From: Girardia tigrina
Taxonomy: Eukaryota
Direction: 5' to 3'
Length of the DNA: 53,280 bases
Assembly: GCA_001938485.1 (NCBI GenBank)
Contig: MQRK01238736.1
Location: 47,305-100,584, forward strand
Shown: positions 35,255 to 48,552 of the stretch, in pieces
Position numbering within the stretch: the stretch's first letter is position 1
How the letters are laid out: the number at the start of each line of letters is the position of its first letter
Position numbers and translations under genes: made by a program
The notes under the pieces: generated by a model
The model's database searches: none
Seen by the model: the letters and a program-made list of their open reading frames with translations, nothing else
Told to the model about the DNA's origin: nothing

Positions 35255-35914
35255 TATGCGGCCCATCCCCCAAAGGACTCTGGTGGCTCCTCACAGCTCT
35301 TCCACTTCCATAATGCTGTACCTGAGCGGCCGTCAAACTCGGCTATAAAATCAGAATCGTCAATCCGCGTGTGTGCCGTTTGCTTTGCTCTGCCAACCGC
35401 TGCCTGATATCCAATCCGTCCAAACTTTGGGATGCCGCCTCTCCCAGGCACCCACACGCCCCCAAGTTGGTTGATCGCGTCCATGCCGAGAAGAACCCCC
35501 ATCCTCGACCCGAAAACGTCTGATAACACTAGAACACGGCATTCGATCAGCTTTCCGCTGCACTCAATCGAAAGGGTCGCTCTGAATTGCACGCCCGCCG
35601 CCGACTCGTCGATCATCCGAACAACCTCTTTAACTCGAACCAGCTTTGCCGATGGGACCAACATCCTCTCTACGACTGATTTCGAACATCCTGTGTCGAT
35701 CATTGCCCTTATAGTCCTTCCACACACGTTAACCGGAATGTATACAAGTCGCGCGTCACCGCAACCAGACTCCCACCCGCGCAATAGTGGAAACTCTCTA
35801 TTCCTTTCCCACTTGGTCGATTTTGCGGCGCGGACACCTTGCAATGTGGCCCACTCGACCGCAGCTGATGTATCTGCTCTCCCGTCCATTATCTCGGTTC
35901 GCTGATCGATCGGT
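35255..35914 (-). pseudogene. Gypsy A second zinc knuckle, aspartic protease and RT linker
   Basis: Eroded knuckle YISCGRVGHIARC; VNVCGRTIRAMIDTGCSKSVV...VLLGMDAINQLGGV; IDDSDFIAEFDG..W.WK. Confidence 0.85.
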
Positions 35915-36377
35915 TGTATTATGGGTGTGAGGGATAATTTGAGTTTGTTGTTTGTATGCTGTTTAGATTTGTGACTTTCCTACTCAGATGGGATTGATAT
36001 GTTTATTGATTGATTATTTGAATCTAATGAAATTAATTTAATGATATTAATTTTAAGTACNNNNNNNNNNNNNNNNNNNNNNNNNNNNNNNNNNNNNNNN
36101 NNNNNNNNNNTCAGTAAATAATTTTAACTTATTAAATGTAATATATTTTAAAAATTAATGTTTATTTAAAAAATTATGTAATGACTTTTATCCAATAAAA
36201 ATTATGAGAAATTAAAATTTATTATTAAACTTACCCTTTCATTGTTTTTTTAGATTTGAATATATGAACAAAAAAACTATGTCAATCAAAGAAATATGAC
36301 CAATGAAAATTGTTGTGAAGAAACTGTTTGTGTTGTCAATAAATGTTTGCATTTAAATTGTGATGCTATTAATAATT

Positions 36378-36977
36378 GGCGCTCCGCTTCCCGGTCGCAC
36401 ATTCACGCGCCAAATGACCACTCCCGCCGCAACAATAACATCTCGCTTCTCCTGTATCGGGTGATGGGAACGGTGGTGGTCGATCCAACGGCCGTACAGC
36501 TGCCGCTGTCTCATCAGTGGGTTCACGTCTTGCCTTGATATGCACTCCAGCCAACCGAACCAGGGTTTCCAGATCCAACGTTTTGTTCAGCGCCTCGGCC
36601 TTCAAACATCCTCGATCCAAATGGAAAAATTTATGAACGCCTGAGCCACAAAAGCCTCCCAGTTGCCTCCGTTGCCACAGATGACAACCGCTGACCGCTT
36701 CAAATCAGCCATGAAAACATCAACGCCCTCGCCGGGTGCAAGCCGTCGGGAGGCAAAACTCACCCATGATAGCCTCGGGCTTGGGGTGAACGCTTCTGTA
36801 AGTACGGCTGTGTTCTTCTTAAAATCCTGCCACGTCGCATCACTGAATCCACGGAATACGACTGACGTCTCGCCCGTCAGTGCAAGTGGCAGCATCACCA
36901 GTTTGTTCTCCTTGAGCGTATCCACGCACTCACGGTATCACTCGATCCAAATGGAAAAATTCGAGAGCCTATCATAT
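36378..36977 (-). pseudogene. Gypsy A gag (continues from ATG 38226 across the 36978-38196 insert)
   Basis: MKTLKMVQTY|DRLSNFSIWIE*..LPLALTGE..LTEAF..RRLAPGEGVDVFMADL..RCYCCGGSGHLAREC (CCHC knuckle). Confidence 0.85.
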
Positions 36978-38196
36978 TGTTGGGGATGTGCCTTCGTTTT
37001 GTTTTATTAACCTTTTGTTGCCTTCGCTTTGTTTTATTAACCTTTTGTTGTTTTGTTTATTTAACATGTTTATTTTGTAAATAAAGACAATNNNNNNNNN
37101 NNNNNNNNNNNNNNNNNNNNNNNNNNNNNNNNNNNNNNNNNNNNNNNNNNNNNNNNNNNNNNNNNNNNNNNNNNNNNNNNNNNNNNNNNNNNNNNNNNNN
37201 NNNNNNNNNNNNNNNNNNNNNNNNNNNNNNNNNNNNNNNNNNNNNNNNNNNNNNNNNNNNNNNNNNNNNNNNNNNNNNNNNNNNNNNNNNNNNNNNNNNN
37301 NNNNNNNNNNNNNNNNNNNNNNNNNNNNNNNNNNNNNNNNNNNNNNNNNNNNNNNNNNNNNNNNNNNNNNNNNNNNNNNNNNNNNNNNNNNNNNNNNNNN
37401 NNNNNNNNNNNNNNNNNNNNNNNNNNNNNNNNNNNNNNNNNNNNNNNNNNNNNNNNNNNNNNNNNNNNNNNNNNNNNNNNNNNNNNNNNNNNNNNNNNNN
37501 NNNNNNNNNNNNNNNNNNNNNNNNNNNNNNNNNNNNNNNNNNNNNNNNNNNNNNNNNNNNNNNNNNNNNNNNNNNNNNNNNNNNNNNNNNNNNNNNNNNN
37601 NNNNNNNNNNNNNNNNNNNNNNNNNNNNNNNNNNNNNNNNNNNNNNNNNNNNNNNNNNNNNNNNNNNNNNNNNNNNNNNNNNNNNNNNNNNNNNNNNNNN
37701 NNNNNNNNNNNNNNNNNNNNNNNNNNNNNNNNNNNNNNNNNNNNNNNNNNNNNNNNNNNNNNNNNNNNNNNNNNNNNNNNNNNNNNNNNNNNNNNNNNNN
37801 NNNNNNNNNNNNNNNNNNNNNNNNNNNNNNNNNNNNNNNNNNNNNNNNNNNNNNNNNNNNNNNNNNNNNNNNNNNNNNNNNNNNNNNNNNNTAAAATCAT
37901 CCTTAGTGGTCTGCAGTCGATGTACTGTGACCACTCCTAAAATCAGACATTACACATTAGGAAAACACAATTAAATTTGCTATCTGTATTATTGTAAATA
38001 TAAATAAAAATCTATTAAAGAAATTGTCTCGTGTTGTCATTTAATAGTAATCGAATTTAATTTGACGTCTTAAACTCATAGTCTCTTAATAAATTCATTA
38101 CCTTAGGAAGGTTCGCAATTAACAGAATTGTAAATCTTCCTTTTCTGTTGAAACCTACGGAGATCGAAATTCACGTCGACCCCCACGTTTCCAACA
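36978..38196. mobile_element. LTR element or solo LTR inserted in Gypsy A gag (interior mostly an N gap)
   Basis: Termini TGTTGG...CCAACA with 4-bp TSD ATAT (36974-36977 / 38197-38200). Removal restores the gag frame. Confidence 0.8.
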
Positions 38197-38232
38197 ATAT
38201 GTCTGCACCATTTTCAAAGTCTTCATCACAAA

Positions 38233-38244
38233 GTCGCGATAGCC
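38233..38244 (-). promoter_or_regulatory. Non-canonical primer-binding site of Gypsy A (GGCTATCGCGAC, complementary to a tRNA-like 5' end GTCGCGATAGCC)
   Basis: Directly abuts the 5' LTR and has no TGG. The complement fits a 7-nt acceptor strand plus T8-A9-G10-C11-C12. Confidence 0.55.
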
Positions 38245-38348
38245 TGTGAACGAGAAGGTCGAAAATAAGAATTTATTTCAATGACAAGATTTACAAACCG
38301 TTCACCGAATTCTGATTATTTAAACAAGTTTTCGACATTTCCACTACA
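38245..38348 (-). repeat. 5' LTR of Gypsy element A
   Basis: 104-bp TG..CA repeat, flanked by TSD CTTTC at 38349-38353. Confidence 0.9.
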
Positions 38349-40139
38349 CTTTCTATGAGGAAAATTCATGAATTTAGTTTTTGTTGTTGTATGCCTATTT
38401 AGAGTGACGGTTGATTATTGTTTTTAAATTCTTGATATTTGAAAGCAAGTTCATTTTAAAACTTTATATGCTATATAATATAGTTTAATGAAAATAATTT
38501 TTTAATTTAAATCGGTTTACTCGATTGTGATTAATGAGTTCCGGGTATATACTAGTCATTATAAATATGAATATGACTGTTTAACTCAATTTGGATAACT
38601 ATTACTTATATAGGTCCCTTTCAAATCCAGTTAACTAGGTTTCACTGTGCTATATTTTAATTTCTGAGAATTTAATATATAATATTCATTTAATATTTGA
38701 AATGTATTTTTATTTACCATGTATTAAATGAATTAAAATTATTATTATTAAATATATTTTATTTACTGTGGTGTTCAAAAAAAATCATTATAAATAAAAA
38801 TTCAACAAATTAAATGAATATACAAAAATTATTGTTTTTGTTTTACTAAACAAAGTGGGAAACAAATTCAAAAAAATAAGAAATATGGAATCCACCACGA
38901 CCAAAAGCAAAAGCACATCCAGTAACTTCAGCAAACACTCAGTCGTCAAATCAAAATCCCCAAACAGTACACGAGTTTTCAATTCAATGATCATTCCGAT
39001 ATATGCCCCTATTTTGCAGATTCGGTTCGTATTCTCATGTCATGTATCAATATATTTTACGCTCGTTCTATTTGTTTTTTTCTTCCCGTTCCAACGACGG
39101 AAGTTGGTGGTGCAAACTGCATACGCCAAATTTACCAAAAAGTTTTTATTTATTTTTTTTTATTTAAAAATTTATTTCTAAAAATGTATGTTCTTTTGAG
39201 ATGGTTTGGATTCTTCTGAACGATAAAACATTTTCTTCACACCATAAAGAAACTAACATAGAAATATTTCTGTAGTTTCAAAATCACTCTTTCTTAAGGT
39301 TGCAATGAATACATTCACTTTTTTCGTATTAGATTTCCTATATACACTCAGTATACAAACTAAAAAAAAGCAATTATAAAAACAACTTTAATTCAAATAA
39401 ATAAATTATAAAATCAAATTCAATTTTTATTGCACAAATCAGTCATGAAAATTAATATAAAAAAATATTTTTTTTCTAAAAACGACGTTTTCTTGAGTCC
39501 CTTATTATAAAAAAATTAAAGAAATGTGAAAAAACAAATTAAAACTAATCGAAAATCTCAGTTCCAGTTAATATCAATCCGTACATTGAAACACTGAATA
39601 ATTGAAACACCTTGAACTTCTGAGGCTCGTCTGCTATATTGTTTGGAATTCTTTAGATATTCTTTCTTTTATTTAGGAACATTTTAAAAATCAAATCTTT
39701 AGAAACTATTCTAGAGTCGTTTTAATAAAATTTTGTCCTAACAAATATCGTGTTTTCCCATTGTTCAGTCTAAGATTGACGCCTTTAGACTCGTCCATCA
39801 ATCAAGTTCCATAAAAAAATTTCTAAAGAATTATAGGCTTTGCTTTTCTTTTCCTATTTTGTATCGCAAACAAAAACTTATATTTATTTGTGTTTGATTG
39901 TTTATCGTTTCATTTCTTCAAAAAAGAACCTTGTATGTTATTATTACAAAAGTCGACATTCCTCTTTTTATAATAACGATGCATCAGTTATATTAAGATA
40001 AGAATAATTTCACAAAGGGGTGACAGAGTCAAATTCTTTTTCTTTTTAAATCATACAATAATTAATAAACAGATTTAGAAAATTAAATTAAAGAAGATCA
40101 TAAGCCTACAAAGCCACATTAATTTATCTTATATGTATA

Positions 40140-42609
40140 TTATGACTATAAGTTTAAATTTGAAAAAACTAAAGTCAAAGTTTATTGGTAATTTAGAAAT
40201 ATTTTGTTTCATTTATAAAGTATGCACCCATATTATCGATACACTTTTGCCACTTGAGCGGCAGCTTATTGAGGCTATTTGAATAAACAATTAATGGGCA
40301 AGAAGCTATAACATTTTGAAATTGAAATTTTTTTCTATATAAAAAATTGTTTAAATTGAGGAAAAATTAAGTCAGTTGGGGCTAGGTTTTGTGAGTATGA
40401 AGGATGATGTAGAAGTTCTAAATCAAATTCATGTAGTTTTTTCATGGTTTCAAGTGTAATATGTGATTTTGCTTTGTCTTTGAGCAAGATTAGAGTCGAT
40501 TTGTTTATCAAATAATACTATTTTTTGAGTTTCCGCATAATATCTTCCAATAGTTGCAGTAAACATCTGCTGTGATCGACGAACCAAGTTTCATAAAGGC
40601 ATAATAGAATACACCTGCGGCATACCACCAAACACTCACCACCAGTTTCTTTTGATGAATATTGCGCTCTGGACTGTGTTTCGTGCCATCCAGCTTGCTT
40701 AACGTTTGCAATTTTCATATTGGATCCTCTTTTCATCACAAGTGACAATTCAATTCAAAAAGTGATCACATTTATAACGAGAAAGCATCATCAAGCAAGC
40801 ATACAAACGCTTTTGGCCCTGCTTTTCATTAGTGATAGAGGAAGCTGACTCCACGGGCACCTTCAGTTCTTTAATGTCTACCTGCGGTTCTGGGCGACCT
40901 GAGACTCATTATTGAGGTAAAAATTAGCTTTCACAAATTTCCTGAACCAATTTAAGATTATCTGCTAAAAAGTAGCATCTTATCTGAATACACTATTTAT
41001 GTTTTGCATGGCTTCAGATTCTGAGGTTCCACGTAGGAATTTGTACTTCATAGTAATTCAAATTTCTGCCTTTTCCCTTTATTAAAATACTTATTATTAA
41101 AACAAGTTATCAATAATTTTAATTATATTTTATCAATGTATTCAATAGCCAAGATATGTTGTAATCCAGCAAAAAAACTGAGCACCAAAATGTCATTATG
41201 AAATTATAGGGTTGCCTCATAAGTTTTGTCGCACACATATATCTATGTTAACTGCAGATATCCTTGCATCACATAAATAATTCTTATATATTTGCAATCC
41301 CTAATAAAATGTGAATTAGATAAAATAGCATTTGTGATCTACTTATACCCAAAAATTTTTATTTTCTGTTCTAAATGAATTTTTGTTTTAATAAAATAAT
41401 ATCAATTTCGTAAATTTCGCACATTTTCATCATCCTAATGGATTTTAATCGCTCTGATATTCGTAAATTAATTTACTATTGCTGGAAAAGGGATTTAATA
41501 CCTTCACAGATGACTCACGAAATTAACACGGCCTTTGGAGTTGGAACAGTCTCAAAGAGAAAATGTGAAAGGTGGATTTCCAATTTTCGTGAAAACAACT
41601 TTAACACAGACGATCAAGTCCGCGAAGGGCGGCCCTCTCTTGACATAGACGAGAAGATAATCGAGTTTCTGACTGAAGACAAGCTTGTAAAAACGAGAAA
41701 AATTGCAGAGGGAACTGATCAGGATAAAACCACGGTGTCCCGGCACTTGAATGCAATGGGATACCGATACCTAAAAAATTGCTGGGTGCCACACGCTCTG
41801 ATGCAACAGAACAAGGATAATCGCAAAAGAATTTGTCAACAGCTATTGGATAGTTATCACCGGAATGATTTCCTGTCCAAAATCATCACCTGTGATGTGA
41901 TATGGGTGTACTAAGACAACGAAGGCGCTTTCAGCAATAGATCATGGAGAAAATTGGATGAAAACCCACTTGCAACACCAGTACGAAGACTGACAAACCG
42001 AAAGCATCTCGCCTCCGTCTTATGGGACAGTAAAGGACTGCTCTTGTTAGATGTCTTACATCCAAATGCTACAATCAATGCGGATGTCTACTGTACTCAG
42101 CTGGATCGTCTAATTATCACTGTTCAGCAGAGGCGCATTGTTCCATGGAGGACACCACAATTTTCATTATCTCCACGATAATGTTCGTCCGCATACGGAT
42201 GCTAAGACCAAGGACAAGCTGAATACACTTGGATTTACTACCACATCCACCATACTCCCCCGATCTCTCACCATCTGCCTACTATCTATTGTCTCCAATG
42301 AAATCTGCACTTAGAGGAAAGAATTATACAGGTGTCAACGATATCAACGAAGATCTTCTACATTGGTTTGGCAAGAAACCGCGTGATGTTTTCCAAAATG
42401 GGATGCGCAGCCTCCCTGGAAGTTGACTGAGATGTATTGAGCACAATGGCGACTACTTTTTGTATTTGCATGACATGGACGAATGGTAAAATATTTTATA
42501 TTTTATTGTATTTTGGTGTGTTTTTGCGACAAAATTAATGAGGCAACCCTATATAACTATTTGAATTTATGGTAATCATGTCTATAAATTTCATACTTGA
42601 TAACCTAAT
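40140..42609 (-). mobile_element. Old mariner element interrupted by a younger mariner
   Basis: IVTCDEK-like, HQKKLVVSVWWYAAGV..SITADVYC, and HPSYSQNLAPTD motifs. Degenerate TIR-like ends near 40140 and 42585-42609. Confidence 0.65.
41207..42551 (+). mobile_element. Mariner (D,D34D-type) element, full length with disrupted transposase (41438 to ~42490)
   Basis: TIRs TAGGGTTGCCTCAT..TTTTGTCGCA and the reverse complement, with TA TSD. Motifs WVPHAL, IITCD, HDNVRPH and HPPYSPDLSPS. Confidence 0.9.
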
Positions 42610-43249
42610 AACTAAGAGAAAAAAAGCAGATTTATGTGTATGTGATATTCAAACATATAAAATTGTGACAAGATGTTTTATAATTTTTATTTTGATTTAA
42701 AAAAATATTCAGAAGTTTGGTCCAACGGTGGTACTGATTTTAAATCATGTTTTGTTCCTTCTTTAGTTCTTACACAACAAAATTTTGAATTTTTAGCAAA
42801 TATGAATAAAATATATGAATATATTTTTTTTAATAACAAATAGTTATGATAATGAAATAATTTAAAGGATAACCAATAATTAATTTGAACCATTAAATTA
42901 CTTCTTCATGACTTATTTGATACATTATGTTGCAACACAATTCTTGGCTTGCATGAAAATATTTTTTTTTCAAAGATTTTTCGATATTAGACAGTGTTAT
43001 ATGATTTGACATTTTTAAATTATACACAATAATTTAGAACCACGAGCCTTTTGAAAAATATAGAATTCGATGTTTATTTCTGAAAATGTTCAAGAATTGA
43101 AAAAAATACAATCACTTTCATTTAACATTAATTCTTCGTCATTTTAGAGAAAAACAAAAGAAAAATTAGCGCTTTTTAAAACTATAGGCCAATGAAATAG
43201 GCGATGAAAATGATATAACATACTTTAACTGTAAAAAATTCATTTTACA

Positions 43250-44000
43250 GTAGAAAATTATGCATAGAGACAATGTGTAACCATGATCATACTTGATACA
43301 CACTCCGAGTTCAATCAATTGAAGGTGTCTTGTAGAAATGCTATGTAAACCTGTGACGTCACCGTGGTATTGTTAAGCATTACGCGGAAAAAATGAAGAC
43401 CGTTGAAATTGGTAGTCCAAAGAACCATAAATTTCTTCGTCATGGGCATTCACCTGGCCATTTGAGGAACATCACGTCCGGGAGAATGCTTTCCTGGAAA
43501 CTGCGTTCCCAATTTCACGCGCATAAAATTGCTTCTTATCAGTAAAGACGAGGTTTTTCTGCATTTTTCATTTGTCCATCACCTCCAAAATTTTCTAGAA
43601 GGAATTCAATCTGCGTTCTTTCTGCGCACCACTCAGGTTGTGGGATCCCCTTGTAGTGAACACTGCGAAATTAAAGGTCGTTGTGGATGATGTACATAAT
43701 CATCTGTCTTGACGCATCAAATTTCGTAGATAAATCTCTAATAGACATTCGAGAGTCAGCCAATAATTCAGCCTTCACTTCCTCAACTAATTGCAATCTT
43801 TTCTCAGTTTTTGGACGACCACTTCCTTCAATCCGACGACCACATCTTCAAACTCTCATTATTCTTTGAACTAGTCGAAGTCCGATTATATTTTACACCC
43901 ATGCCGTTGCAAGTTCATATGTTTTGCTTCCCTGCATTCTATTTCTGCGACATGTTTCAATTACAGCGTTTAGCTGCTCAGTAGACGGTTGCAGAAAACT
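43250..44000 (-). mobile_element. Decayed Tc1/mariner transposase fragment
   Basis: GSGRPKT..VEEVKAELLADSRMSIRDLSTKFDASRQMIMYIIHNDL..IP.NLS..QK..LVFTDKK (HTH plus the start of the catalytic domain). Confidence 0.65.
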
Positions 44001-45373
44001 ATACTGTAAATACGCGAAAGATGATAAAATGTCCATAATAACATCAAAACAAAAATAAATGTATTAAAATTAATTAAATTTAATAAATTTATACAATACT
44101 TATAGAAATAAAGTAAATAATACAGAATTATATTTTATTTTTAAAAACGACATTTTATAAAGGAAACTTTTTTAAAGGAATGCACCAGAAAACAATAAAA
44201 AAAGAATCACGTAGATAAAAAAAATGAAATGAAAATATGTTTTCCCAAATGTACGCAAAGGTATTCTATTATAAAGACTTAATAATTCGTGGTTTTGCAT
44301 AAAAATTGATTGATCAAGTTGATAAATTACAAAATAATAAGGATTACCTTAAGAATAGTATTGTAAAATTACTCTTAAATGCTGGTTAACTATTCTTAAC
44401 TGAAACAGCACAATATTTTTTTAGTTAATAGATAGCTATGCTTTAGAGTTTGTAATGTGAGTTTCTCACACTTCTGAATTTTATTTTACCTACATCTGTC
44501 CTTCATCTAATCTGTACCTTTTCTGTTTTATTTTTTCGTGAGATACAAGCTTGTTTGTGTTGTGTGTAACTGCATAAGTGTCGTATATTTTTTTGTTGTA
44601 AATTTTCCTATTTTTTGTATTTTTTGTTTACAAGATAAGAAGACAGTTCGCCTAATCAAAGTAAATTTTAAAGCTGTCCAGAAAGAAAGAAAAAAGAAAA
44701 TTTTGTAAAGTTAAAGTAAATGAATGAGAAATATTAAAAAAAGAAACAGTAGATTATTCCCCCCCTTTATGTTTTCCTCTAAATGAATAATAATAATGTG
44801 ATCGACTTGAATTTCAATTTTTAAACATTAGTTAAAAAATCGATACACAAAAATTATTTCCACTGCCAAGAGAACGAATTATTAATCAGTGCTTATCAAA
44901 TTATTCAGAACTGAAGTTCGTACGATTTTTTTAGACTGACAATTCAATTTCGAGAAATAAGTTTGTGATTATTTTTACATTTGCGTTATAACTTGTTATT
45001 TATTTCATCGAGTAAATTAAATTTGTTGATCAATTTTTTTCTGAAACCAATTCAGTATAATATATTCTATTTTGGCTGATTTTTACGTCATTATTTTTAT
45101 TTAAATAAAAGTAAAATTAGGTTCATAGAACGGAACTTTAGGTTACTTTTACTGAGATAAATATTAAAGGTTTGCAAATCTATAATATTCTCTGTTTTTC
45201 TTATCTTTAACATGGTACAAACGTACTCGAGTTGAAAGTATCTTAAAGAAGCTTTAAAACATTTTACGAAAGCCTATTTCCTAACCATAACCTTATACTT
45301 AATCACGAAGGTAACAATTATTACTGAGTTTATTGTAAACATATTTCTTTCATATAAACCTCATCTGTATATA

Positions 45374-46766
45374 TTAGGTTGGAAACAAAGTTCTCGCACA
45401 AATTTTATTACAACTTTTATATACAACGAAACAATGCAGCAAAAGGCACATATCAATCATCAATGTAATCACCGCTATTTTCGAATACCAGCTTCCAACG
45501 ATGGGGTAGATCATGGATACCTTTGTTGTAAAATTCAACTTGTTTGCTTTTAAGGAAGTTTCCAACTGCGGCTTTCAATTCATCATCAGTTGCGAACGTT
45601 TTGCCACTCAAGAAGTTCTGCAGTGCCTGGAATAAGTGGTAGTCTGTTGGTGCCAGGTCGGGCGAGTACGGTGGCTGAGGGAGAACTTCCCACTCCAGCT
45701 CCAGAAGTTTATCACGGGTGTGATTTGCAACGTGTGGTCGGGCGTTGTCATGAAGAAACATGACATCAGTCAATTCTGGTCGTGTTTGTGCAATCGCGTC
45801 TGCCACTCGTTGCAGTTGTTGATGGACATTGATGGACTGATTGCGTTCCAACATTTTCCAGTGAATCACACCCTTTACTTCCCACCAGACACAAACCATG
45901 AGCTTCTTTTGATGAAGATCGACCTTTGCCTGAGGTTGTGCAGTTGTACCCTTGTCTGTCCAGCTTCTTCTGCGTGTCATGTTCGAGTACAGACAACATT
46001 TCTCATCTACATTAACCAATTTGTTCAGCCAATCTAAACGACGCTTCTTGGACAGTAGTGTCGTACAGGTGCTTATGGGACGTTGAAGATCGAAGTCGGT
46101 TAGTTGGTGTTGGACCCATACGTCCAGTTTGCTGACTTTGCCCATTTCCTCCAAGTGATGCAAAATGGCAGTATGGCTGACGCTAAACTTCTCAGCCAGT
46201 TCACGTGATGTCAGATGTGGATCACTTTCGACACAGGCGCACAAACGGTCATTGTCAATAAGTGAGGATCAACCCCTCCTTGGCTCATCTTTGAGATCGA
46301 TTTGGTCACGCTGAAACTTCTTAAACTAATCGTAAGCTGTGCGTTGGCCAATTGTGCCTTCTCCAAACGCTTGGTTGATACGATTTTCCGAGTGACCAGT
46401 GTTTAGCCCGGACTTGTAATCATACAATAACATGGTACGTTGCTGTTCACGAGAGATAGTCATTTTATCGGCCATATTTGAAAATTTAGATATCTGAAAT
46501 TATGAAAATATACAATTAAAAAATATTACATTTACTTATATATAAATCAATAAAACAATAAATGTATATTGTTGCATTGTTTCGTTGTATATCATTGCGT
46601 TCCAATATTTCCCAGTGAATCACACTCTTTACATCCAACCAGACACAAACCATGAGCTTCTTTTGATGCAGATCGGCCTTTGCCTGAGGTTGTGCAGTTG
46701 TATCCTTGTCTGTCCATCTTAATAAAAGTTAATAAAAGTTGTGCGAGAACTTTGTTTCCAACCTAA
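45374..46766 (-). mobile_element. Mariner element with near-intact transposase
   Basis: TIRs TTAGGTTGGAAACAAAGTTCTCGCACAA and the reverse complement, with TA TSD. Confidence 0.95.
45453..46475 (-). pseudogene. Mariner D,D34D transposase (340 codons, two premature stops near the N-terminus)
   Basis: Single frame from ATG 46475. Motifs WVQHQL, NVDEK, HDNARPH and PYSPDLAPTDYHLF. Confidence 0.9.
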
Positions 46767-48535
46767 TATATTTGTAATATTATTGAATGGTGCCTAACTC
46801 TTCAAGTAGAACACTCTTTTGTGCATATAAGTTGCTTATTATGGAAATATTTGTTATAAATTGCATTTCCAGAAGGTTTTAATTAAAAAGTTTGTTTTCT
46901 AATTTTATACACAATTTAAGGAGTAACATGTTCCTTCACATCATTTGTATTAAAATCTTTCAAATTATATTTTTTCAAAAATATGGAGAATATTTGGAAA
47001 ATTTTTGAATTTTGAAATATTATTATAAATTTATCAAAATTTTGATCATTAAAGTAATAACTCATACAAACAGTAAATGTCAACAATTAAAATATACTAC
47101 TTGACAAATGTATAAATTTGGAAGCTTCCATTTCATTTGTGACATAATCATAAATTATTACACAAAATATTACGTCAATAATGTCAACTTTAAATTATTA
47201 TATTACGACAATTGAAGTGTAATGATGCAGAATTTACGTTCCGGAAGAAACATAATATTATATTAATTACATCGCTTGACATTGAAGTCAAAACCAACAA
47301 GCCAACGGTATTTAAACTTACATTTATGACCGAGTCCTACCTGATCCGACCCTCACACCATCTGGCCAAATACAATAAAAAACTTGTTTACGTTTCATAT
47401 ATTTTAATATTATTCTTAGCTTAAAAGTCGATGTTTAAAATTTATATTATGATTTAATATATATATTTTTATTCAACTCCTTTTTCACTATTTTTCTTTT
47501 ATCTTCATGTTATTGTTGCTAATTACTTCATTAAATATTCATTGTTTTTATTATATAATATTTTATTCTTAAATGCTTCACATTAAAATTAATAATACTA
47601 AAACAAGAAAAAACTATTAAAATATTTTTATGGTAAAATAAAAACATTCAGATATTTATTTTAGATTAAGAGATCTTTCGGGAAGATCTTTATTTATTTG
47701 TGTTGTAAGAACTTAAAGTTCCCATGTTTTGGAACATCTACAAGTCAGATTTAAAATAAATGGAAATATAATATTAATAGTTTCTACTTCCTCATTCTGT
47801 ACATTTGTCCATATATTTATGATGATCAAAAAATTAGAAATTTAATTCTTAATTTTAAAATAAGATATTCCATAAAATGTTCCTAAAAGTCATTCAAAAA
47901 TCAGATTTTTCCGGAAATCGAATTTCCATTCGAAGACATGCGCTACAAACAGGAAGCAGGGGATCCTGTTTTGACATACTTCTCAAGGAATTCGATGAAG
48001 TTGTCAAATAAGACACTTGTAATCCCTATGACATAATACTTAAATAAGGAAAATAATAGCGAATCTAAATGACATTGAACACAATAATGAAATACTATAA
48101 TGAAAATAATATTAATGAAACATCTCGTATATATATAATTTCAGTTAAAATGGTGTTTATTTTAAAATATTTTCTAGAAACAAGAAAGAAAATATGAGGT
48201 TGGTGTAACTGGTTCTGAGTGAAGGGGTGAGAACTTTAATTAAAGTTCTTGGGTTTTATTTTAATTCTTCTGACTTGAGTCGTAAATGAATTACTTAGTT
48301 TAGATAAATTAAATACGAATTCTTAATATTTTAATTATTTTTTTATTTGATAATAATAAAATTACTAATTAATTAAAAATATTTAACGTTAAGACTGCAT
48401 TTCTAATGTGAATCTATGAATAGTTATTGTATTTGTAAACAATTATTCTTAATAGAGTTGTAGAATGAGAAATTAATTTTTGTTTTCCTGAGTTATTGAA
48501 ATAATGAATATATATTTTCCGTCGTTCGAAGTACA

Positions 48536-48547
48536 AGCTATCCGGGC
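48536..48547 (+). promoter_or_regulatory. Non-canonical primer-binding site AGCTATCCGGGC, complementary to nt 1-12 of tRNA-Lys(UUU)
   Basis: The reverse complement GCCCGGATAGCT is the conserved 5' end of animal tRNA-Lys(UUU). It abuts the LTR with zero spacer. Confidence 0.7.
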
Positions 48548-48552
48548 TAAAT

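Larger units (their letters stand above)
29087..38348 (-). mobile_element. Ty3/Gypsy-type LTR retrotransposon (element A), decayed, carrying nested insertions
   Basis: 104-bp TG..CA LTRs at 29087-29190 and 38245-38348, 5-bp TSD CTTTC on both sides, and PPT next to the 3' LTR. Gag, protease, RT and RNase H are in order on the minus strand; no integrase is seen. Confidence 0.9.

Noticed and set aside
29785-36990. Plus-strand ORFs antisense to Gypsy A and the hAT (e.g. 29785-30273, 35432-35905, 36663-37010)
   Set aside because: They are shadow frames of recognisable minus-strand gag/pol sequence.
38788-39300. Overlapping short ORFs on both strands
   Set aside because: No consistent frame, splice model or motif; it cannot be supported as a gene.
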